IMG/VR virus record: IMGVR_UViG_2541047857_000009
Origin: a virus
Lineage: Duplodnaviria > Heunggongvirae > Uroviricota > Caudoviricetes
Strand: one strand, 5' to 3'
DNA: 64,000 nucleotides
Positions 57,886 through 64,000 of this stretch are shown here, in pieces. A model generated the notes under the pieces. The model searched no databases. It saw only the letters and a program-made list of their open reading frames with translations, and was not told the origin of the DNA. Numbering within the stretch: position 1 is the first letter of the stretch; each line of letters begins with the position of its first letter. A program made the position numbers and the translations under genes.

Positions 57886-58034
57886 CGAGATTAAAGTGCA
57901 TTAGTTCAGATGCAAATTGACATTTTGTGGCACAGGGTAGAGCTAGCGTGGTTGTCCGCTTTGTGCCAATAGCGGACATTGCTGGCTCATGGTATGTTAG
58001 TTTAAGGAGGCAGGTTATGCCCTGTATTTCGCTG

Positions 58035-58043
58035 TGGTATAAT
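58035..58043 (+). promoter_or_regulatory. extended -10 promoter (TGgTATAAT) for the AT-rich cassette
   Basis: Perfect TATAAT with upstream TG, then AGGGAG RBS and GTG 58077. Confidence 0.45.
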
Positions 58044-58076
58044 AGTTGCGCAATTGATACAAGGGAGCGTTACATC

Positions 58077-59039
58077 GTGAAAATTGTTTTCGAGGTTAAT
58101 GGAAAGAAAGTTCCACTAAAATCTTTAAAATACATAAGCAAAAAAGATCAACTCGAAGTAATGAAAAACTGGTTCTTTGAAAACTTTGAAGATCCGGCAA
58201 ATGCTTGTCCGTATGAAAGTAGAGAAGGTGGCTATGCTTACATATATGGCGGGCCGTATGATGCGAGCGAAGAACTACAATCCATCTTCGGTCAATATGT
58301 TAAATCTGAGTATATTGAGGAATTAGTAGATGAATTACAAACACAATGTTTTGACTGGTCTGGAAACTCAAATAATATAGATGATTGGTACGATGATGAT
58401 ATCTACGACGCTGTAACGTCTTCCGGTAATCCGTATTTAAAATTCATTGATAATATCGATAAAATAAAAAAACTTGCAAAAGATAAAACTGAACAACAGC
58501 AAAAAAACCACTTGCTTAGTTTGCTCTACACGAATGTTATTACAGCTTTGGAAACGCTTTATGTTGAGCTATTCATTAATTCTATAGAGAAAGATGATGT
58601 CTACATAGCCAATTGTATAGAAAAAGGTAAGACTGAATTTAAAGTAAGCAAAGATATTGCTGCGTTGCCTTTCAAGGGTGAACCCATCGAGAAAATTAGG
58701 GGAGAGCTAATCAGGTCAATCAAGGAACACTTGATCAGTGCAAGCTGGCATAGCACTAAAAAGGTAATCGACCGCTATGAAGCTACATTCGATATAAAAG
58801 TACAAAAAGACTGTCCGATAGAAGCTATTGAATTGGCAACCCTCAATCGAAATCACTTAGTGCATCGTGGTGGAAAGGATAAAGAAGGGAACCTCGTAGT
58901 GATTACAGACCAGGATCTTGAAACGCTGATTGAAAATGCATCGAACCTGGCAATTATGCTCTACAACAGTTTAAATGTAGCAACGAATAAAACCACCATT
59001 TTGCAACCAGATGACAAACCGTTCATTCATGAATTTTAA
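58077..59039 (+). CDS. cassette gene A: protein with C-terminal HEPN-like Rx4H motif
   Basis: 320 aa from GTG 58077 (alt ATG 58017); GC drops here; C-terminal LNRNHLVHRGG fits HEPN R-N-x3-H. Confidence 0.5.
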   Translation: MKIVFEVNGKKVPLKSLKYISKKDQLEVMKNWFFENFEDPANACPYESREGGYAYIYGGPYDASEELQSIFGQYVKSEYIEELVDELQTQCFDWSGNSNNIDDWYDDDIYDAVTSSGNPYLKFIDNIDKIKKLAKDKTEQQQKNHLLSLLYTNVITALETLYVELFINSIEKDDVYIANCIEKGKTEFKVSKDIAALPFKGEPIEKIRGELIRSIKEHLISASWHSTKKVIDRYEATFDIKVQKDCPIEAIELATLNRNHLVHRGGKDKEGNLVVITDQDLETLIENASNLAIMLYNSLNVATNKTTILQPDDKPFIHEF

Positions 59040-59054
59040 TAGCGCAGGTCATAC

Positions 59055-60056
59055 ATGGATATTCGCACACGAAAGACAAAATTTTTAGAGTCGTTAGATT
59101 CAACTGAAGTGATACGCAAAGCAGTAAGTCTCGCTATAGATTGCATTATTGATAATCATAATAGTAATGAAGATACCCCCTTAGTTATTACCAGCTATGA
59201 TGATCTCTGTAGAATCCAGGTGCTAAATTATGTACAGGAGTTTTGCGAAGCTGCATTCCCTGATATGGATGAATATTACTTTAGTCCTAACATACTTCGC
59301 ATCAACGGCAAGACTAGTGAAGAAGCTTGTATTAACTTAATTAAACTCTTAAGAAGTACAAAAGGCATGCTATTCTGGTCCGATGCCCCATCGTGGTTCG
59401 CTAGCCTCCCCGACGGATTATTCCATGTTGTTAACATTGATCAAAAAATCGTTACTCGCGGCCTTAATAAGAAAAACTCTAAGCCGACAATAATCAATAA
59501 AGATTACAGTGTAGATACACTACTATCAGAGCTATTTTTGAATGGCGCACACATGGAGCAACCCAACGTACACAACGTTTCTGAGGGAAACATGAAGTTC
59601 TATGATGAATGCCATGCTGGATTAATCAGACCAATACCCGCTCCAATAGGCGCGTCATACGATGAAGAGATCACAATTAATTCTCCAGATTGGCAAAAGC
59701 TCGCGTGTGTAGCTTTACGCCGCTATCAGTCGAAGGAATGTCATGACGGAATGCAATGGGATACAACCGATCATGGTTGGACTGATGTAATCGCGTATCC
59801 ATTCGTCGAAGAAATACAATCAATGGATAATAGTGGTTATCGACAATGTTTAGTTGGGCTGGTCACAATAAACAATTCAAATGCAAATTCTCCGTACCTA
59901 TCTACCGTTTGGATACATCCATTTTATCGCAGGAGAGGGTTATTAAGTAAGTTATGGCCAAAATTACAAGAGTTATATGGAAGTAACTTCGAAATTGAGC
60001 GACCTAATGAAAATATGAAAGCATTTCTGAAAAGTGCGAAACACGCAGATTACTAA
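59055..60056 (+). CDS. cassette gene B: protein with C-terminal GNAT-like acyltransferase fold
   Basis: 333 aa, 15 nt after gene A; C-terminus CLVGLVTIN...WIHPFYRRRGLLSKLW resembles GNAT motif A region. Confidence 0.45.
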   Translation: MDIRTRKTKFLESLDSTEVIRKAVSLAIDCIIDNHNSNEDTPLVITSYDDLCRIQVLNYVQEFCEAAFPDMDEYYFSPNILRINGKTSEEACINLIKLLRSTKGMLFWSDAPSWFASLPDGLFHVVNIDQKIVTRGLNKKNSKPTIINKDYSVDTLLSELFLNGAHMEQPNVHNVSEGNMKFYDECHAGLIRPIPAPIGASYDEEITINSPDWQKLACVALRRYQSKECHDGMQWDTTDHGWTDVIAYPFVEEIQSMDNSGYRQCLVGLVTINNSNANSPYLSTVWIHPFYRRRGLLSKLWPKLQELYGSNFEIERPNENMKAFLKSAKHADY

Positions 60057-60372
60057 TTTATGAATCAGTCTGTGGAGTTAGGGTTGGTGTCAACAAGTAG
60101 GGTAAGAGCCTCAACGTGATGCTATGCCGACCTGCTCCCTGAGAATTCACACAGAAGGCTGCTAGCAATGTCTGCAGATCGCTCAAAGCGGACTAGAAGG
60201 TTAGCTTGCGTCGGACTTGGCGTATTTAAAGAAGTGCTGGTGGTGACTGGTTGTTGTGTTCCATTTCTACAGAACAAAATCACAGAAACTATACCCAATA
60301 GTTATATTGAATCAATGATGAGACAGCCTCATATTTATCAGAACTGGTGTACGTCCAATACAGGAGGTTGTC

Positions 60373-60462
60373 GTGCTGGTTCTCAAATGTGCGCTAGCTA
60401 TTGCGGCTGTAATGGCAATTTATTGTCTTGCTGTTGTTCTTATGGATCGCCTTTCTGATTGA
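60373..60462 (+). CDS. candidate small hydrophobic peptide (29 aa)
   Basis: AGGAGG RBS 5 nt before GTG; MLVLKCALAIAAVMAIYCLAVVLMDRLSD; not in ORF track. Confidence 0.25.
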   Translation: MLVLKCALAIAAVMAIYCLAVVLMDRLSD

Positions 60463-60673
60463 TTTTATATTGGCGAGGTGACGGGAGTTAAGTAGAATTG
60501 CTGCGGGTGCTTGAGGCTATCTGCCTCAGGCATGAACACCAAAGGCAGATAGAGAAAAGCCCCAGTTAATATTACGCGTCCTGCAAGACGCTTAACATTA
60601 ATCTGAGGCTCAATCTATGAACGGCAAATCTAGGTTAGCCTCTTACGTGCCGAAAGGCAAGGAGAAGCAGGCT

Positions 60674-60829
60674 ATGAAGCAGCAAAAGGCGATGTTAATC
60701 GCCCTGATCGTCATCTGTTTAACCGTCATAGTGACGGCACTGGTAACGAGGAAAGACCTCTGCGAGGTACGAATCCGAACCGGCCAGACGGAGGTCGCTG
60801 TCTTCACAGTTTACGAACCTGAGGAGTAA
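60674..60829 (+). CDS. hok: Hok/Gef-family type I toxin (in-frame Mok extension from 60617)
   Basis: MKQQKAMLIALIVICLTVIVTALVTRKDLCEVRIRTGQTEVAVF close to HokC/Gef as recalled; 70-aa in-frame upstream ORF as for mokC. Confidence 0.75.
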   Translation: MKQQKAMLIALIVICLTVIVTALVTRKDLCEVRIRTGQTEVAVFTVYEPEE

Positions 60830-60898
60830 GAGACCCGGCGAGGGAGAAATCCCTCGCCACCTCTGATGTGTCAGGCATCCTCAACGCACCCGCACGTA

Positions 60899-60925
60899 AC
60901 CCGCTTCGGCGGGTTTTGTTTTTTC
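60899..60925 (+). terminator. rho-independent terminator after hok
   Basis: CCCGC-ttcg-GCGGG plus T-rich tract. Confidence 0.65.
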
Positions 60926-60996
60926 CTGGCATTCTGGTTTACAATTCGCACGCCAGCCTGAACAACTGGCACCTGCTGCGCCAGCAGAGACAACCG

Positions 60997-61275
60997 ATGG
61001 CGCACGATACCAAATTACACAATTCTGATGATTCTGCCGTCTTTGCCAGCAGGCACGGGCGGCGTTCCCGCACTTTCAAATCTGACTGGTTCCAGCATCC
61101 CCCATGCACTGAAGAACAGGCCGAGTGGCTAATTCAGTGCTACCGCAGACACGGATACGAGATTAAGAAAGCCCTCAGCCTCGATTATCGTCACTGGATA
61201 ATCTCCGTCAGGCTTCCTTACTCCGAACGATCACCGCGTCCGTCCCGCACATTCCAGCAACGCATCTGGAGGTAA
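60997..61275 (+). CDS. hypothetical protein (Rem-position)
   Basis: 92 aa from internal Met downstream of hok terminator. Confidence 0.35.
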   Translation: MAHDTKLHNSDDSAVFASRHGRRSRTFKSDWFQHPPCTEEQAEWLIQCYRRHGYEIKKALSLDYRHWIISVRLPYSERSPRPSRTFQQRIWR

Positions 61276-61276
61276 C

Positions 61277-62323
61277 GTGCGAGTATTACTTCGACCTGTT
61301 CTGGTACCGGAACTCGGGCTGGTGATCGTTAAGCCGGGCCGTGAATCCATGCCGGTATTCCACAATACCCGGGTACTGGTGGAGCCGGAACCGAAAAGCA
61401 TGCGTAATCTGCCGTCCGGGGTTGTTCCTGCCGTTCGCCAGCCGCTAGTGGAAGACAAAACATTGCTGCCGTTTTTCAGTAACGCACGGGTGATTCGTGC
61501 TGCTGGTGGTGCTGGTGCATTGTCTGACTGGCTGTTGCGCCATATTAAATCCTGCCAGTGGCCACACGGCGATTATCATCACAGCGAAACCGTCATTCAC
61601 CGTTATGGTACCGGCGCAATGGTGTTGTGCTGGCACTGCGACAACCAGCTGCGTGACCAGACATCCGAATCACTCGAGCAACTTGCTCATCAAAACCTGT
61701 CAGCATGGATGATTGACGTCATACTCCATGCAATGAATGGCTCGCAGGAACGGGAATTATCGCTGGCTGAATTATCCTGGTGGGCGGTCCGCAATCAGGT
61801 GGCGGACGCGCTACCGGAAGCGGTATTACGTCGTTCGCTGGGGTTGCGTGCGGAAAAAATCCGCTCAATGTACCGTGAAAGCGACATCGTACCGGGAGAG
61901 CAGACCGCCACCAGCATACTGAAGCAGCGCACAAAAAATCTTGCGCCGCTGCCTCACGCCCACCAGCAAAACCCGCCACAGGAAGAGACGGTGGTCAGCA
62001 TTGCCGTTGATCCTGAGTCTCCGGAATCTTTCATGAAACGACCTAAACGTCGCCGCTGGGTTAACGAGAAATACACACGCTGGGTGAAGACACAGCCGTG
62101 TGCGTGTTGTGGTAAGCCAGCCGACGATCCCCATCACCTGATTGGTCATGGTCAGGGCGGAATGGGGACAAAATCTCACGATATTTTCACGCTACCGCTG
62201 TGTCGGGAGCATCACAACGAGCTTCATGCGGATCCTCTGGCGTTCGAAGAAAAGCATGGTTCTCAGGTTGATTTAATTTTTCGTTTTCTTGATCACGCCT
62301 TTGCAACTGGCGTGCTTGGGTAA
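61277..62323 (+). CDS. YdfU-like protein (DUF968) with C-terminal HNH/zinc-finger-like motif
   Basis: 348 aa; C-terminal CACCGK...HHLIGHG...CREHHNELH; GGAGG RBS. Confidence 0.55.
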   Translation: MRVLLRPVLVPELGLVIVKPGRESMPVFHNTRVLVEPEPKSMRNLPSGVVPAVRQPLVEDKTLLPFFSNARVIRAAGGAGALSDWLLRHIKSCQWPHGDYHHSETVIHRYGTGAMVLCWHCDNQLRDQTSESLEQLAHQNLSAWMIDVILHAMNGSQERELSLAELSWWAVRNQVADALPEAVLRRSLGLRAEKIRSMYRESDIVPGEQTATSILKQRTKNLAPLPHAHQQNPPQEETVVSIAVDPESPESFMKRPKRRRWVNEKYTRWVKTQPCACCGKPADDPHHLIGHGQGGMGTKSHDIFTLPLCREHHNELHADPLAFEEKHGSQVDLIFRFLDHAFATGVLG

Positions 62324-62335
62324 AAGAGGTGACTG

Positions 62336-62710
62336 ATGCTCATAGATTTGGTTTTACCTTACCCGCCGACGGTGAACACTTACTGGCGACGCCGTGGCAG
62401 CACATATTTTATCTCGGAGGAGGGAAAGCGTTATCGCCGGGCTGTGGCGCTTATTGTTCGCCAGCAGCGGCTGAAATTAAGCCTGTCCGGAAGGCTGGCG
62501 ATAAAGGTGATTGCAGAGCCACCGGATAAGCGTCGTCGCGACCTGGACAATATCCTGAAAGCACCGCTGGATGCGCTGACGCATGCGGGAGTGTTAATGG
62601 ACGATGAGCAGTTTGATGAAATCAATATCGTTCGTGGTCAGCCAGTATCTGGTGGACGTATGGGGGTGAAGATTTACCCCATAATGCATGAAGAGCAGGT
62701 CAAAAAATGA
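62336..62710 (+). CDS. rusA: RusA Holliday-junction resolvase
   Basis: 124 aa with RRRDLDN motif. Confidence 0.75.
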   Translation: MLIDLVLPYPPTVNTYWRRRGSTYFISEEGKRYRRAVALIVRQQRLKLSLSGRLAIKVIAEPPDKRRRDLDNILKAPLDALTHAGVLMDDEQFDEINIVRGQPVSGGRMGVKIYPIMHEEQVKK

Positions 62711-63528
62711 AACTGGAAGATTTACCGAAATACTACTCCCCAAAATCCCCTGGCCTGACCGATGCATCGGCCTCAACGTCAAAAGATGCGCTGAGTATCA
62801 CTGATGTGATGGCCGCGCAGGGCATGACACAGAATCGGGCTGAGATGGGGTTTTCTGCGTTCCTGGGGAAAATGGGCATCAGTATGAATGACAGGGCGCG
62901 GGCAACAGAATTACTGGCAGATTATGCACTCAGTCGGTGCGATCGTGTGGCGGCGTTGAGAAAACTTCCGGCAGAAATAAAACCGGTAGTGATGCGCATT
63001 ATGGCTTCGTATGCGTTTGAAGATTATGCCCGTAGCGCGGCGAGCAAAAAACAGTGCCCTTGCTGTCACGGAAAAAAATTTATTGAAAGCGAGGTTTTTA
63101 CAAACAAGATCCAGTATCCGGATGGTAAGCCACCAGTGTGGGCAAAGTGCACAAAAGGCGTGTATCCGTCTTACTGGGAAGAATGGAAAAAAGTCAGGGA
63201 GGTGGTAAAAGTTGCCTGTCCGGAGTGTGGCGGAAAGGGTGAGGTTTCCACCGCCTGTAAGGATTGCCGTGGGCGTGGTGTCGCCATTCATCGTGAAGAG
63301 TCGGTAAAACGTGGTATGCCTGTTATCAGAGATTGCCAGCGTTGTGGTGGTCGTGGCTGTGAAAGGCTGCCATCAACGGAGGCATTTAATGCCATATGCA
63401 AAGTGACGAGTGCTATCACGCTTGATACGTGGAAAAAATCAGTGAAACGCTTTTACGATACGTTGGTGGTTCGGTTTGACATTGAAGAGGCATGGGCGGA
63501 GCGGCAGTTAAAGAGGGTAACGCGATAG
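62707..63528 (+). CDS. Q-like late antiterminator
   Basis: 273 aa with multiple CxxC zinc-binding pairs; followed by short terminated leader. Confidence 0.55.
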   Translation: MKLEDLPKYYSPKSPGLTDASASTSKDALSITDVMAAQGMTQNRAEMGFSAFLGKMGISMNDRARATELLADYALSRCDRVAALRKLPAEIKPVVMRIMASYAFEDYARSAASKKQCPCCHGKKFIESEVFTNKIQYPDGKPPVWAKCTKGVYPSYWEEWKKVREVVKVACPECGGKGEVSTACKDCRGRGVAIHREESVKRGMPVIRDCQRCGGRGCERLPSTEAFNAICKVTSAITLDTWKKSVKRFYDTLVVRFDIEEAWAERQLKRVTR

Positions 63529-63609
63529 TGTTGTTGATTTTTCCCGAATCTGTGGTAAATTTGCTCTAACGATGGGCGTTTTATGCCTGACGTTAGAAGA
63601 TTTTTTACA

Positions 63610-63632
63610 CCCCGCCGCCTGGCGGGTTTTTT
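63610..63632 (+). terminator. tR'-like terminator downstream of Q
   Basis: CCCGCC-gcct-GGCGGG plus T6, about 100 nt after Q stop. Confidence 0.55.
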
Positions 63633-63752
63633 ATGACTGAAATCGCGTCAGTACAGTAAACGCGCTGGTGGCGGTGAATACCTGTCTTTCAGCTTGCTGG
63701 CTTTTTCGACAAGAGTTATTGGTGTGTCACGTTAACCGGAAAAGGAAAAGAC

Positions 63753-63950
63753 ATGCTAAAACAGCAGGATATGACAGAAACCGCCAGAGTGGTGTTTAAT
63801 GAATTAAGCGTTACCGACCCGGCGACAGTCGGGGAGATAGCGCAGAATACTTACCTTTCACGCGAACGCTGCCAGTTAATACTGACTCAGCTGGTTATGG
63901 CGGGTCTGGCAGACTATCAGTTCGGTTGTTACAGACGCCTTCCGCAGTGA
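63753..63950 (+). CDS. hypothetical protein
   Basis: 65-aa ORF with GGAAAAG RBS-like region. Confidence 0.35.
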   Translation: MLKQQDMTETARVVFNELSVTDPATVGEIAQNTYLSRERCQLILTQLVMAGLADYQFGCYRRLPQ

Positions 63951-64000
63951 AGGCTTTTTTATTTGTGGTAAATGGGCGGCTGGTGGGTGTTAGGGGCACC

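Larger units (their letters stand above)
49098..64000. mobile_element. Qin-like lambdoid prophage 2 (partial; continues beyond window end)
   Basis: int-xis-exo, ydfABC-dicF-dicB-ydfD, cI/cro, ydaT/ydaU-like, hok, ydfU-like, rusA, Q in Qin-like order. Confidence 0.8.

Noticed and set aside
57927-58076. N-terminal extension of cassette gene A proposed by the ORF track
   Set aside because: Normal-GC segment containing the promoter and RBS; GC shift and RBS placement favour GTG 58077 (or ATG 58017) as the start
60168-60458. 96-aa cysteine-rich ORF downstream of the cassette (bacteriocin-like at first glance)
   Set aside because: No RBS, odd composition, and a different frame in the same region has a much better translation signal (the 29-aa peptide); likely non-coding

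Overview
The window is an Escherichia-like chromosomal segment in which the yciB-yciC-ompW island sits between two lambdoid prophages. Calls rest on reading the six-frame ORFs against protein families I recall, plus motifs and repeats visible in the DNA; nothing was searched against a database, so all identities are from memory. Prophage 1 (1 to about 46.5 kb; its integrase end is left of the window) runs from an early-left operon (lambda-like exo, Bet-family annealing protein, N6-adenine methyltransferase, TraR/DksA-like) through a cI/cro immunity region, O-like/DnaB-like replication genes with iterons, a DLP12-like nin region, tRNA-Thr, a lysis cassette and a full siphovirus structural module. 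It ends with a tail fibre bearing an SGNH esterase domain, a convergent acyltransferase, and a LexA-box-driven umuD'-umuC plus SRAP/YedK-like cluster. Prophage 2 (49.1 kb to the window end) is Qin-like: int, xis, a large exonuclease, the ydfABC-dicF-dicB-ydfD operon, cI/cro, ydaT/ydaU-like replication genes, mok/hok, ydfU-like, rusA and Q. The strongest candidate for an undescribed system is an AT-rich two-gene operon at 58077-60056 (a protein with a HEPN-like Rx4H motif plus a protein with a GNAT-like C-terminus) that sits where relB-relE precede hokD in K-12 Qin. Other candidates are a low-GC lipoprotein in the rexAB position of prophage 1, the pre-truncated Ser-less UmuD', and an antisense three-repeat small protein inside the tail operon. 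No CRISPR array or rRNA was found.
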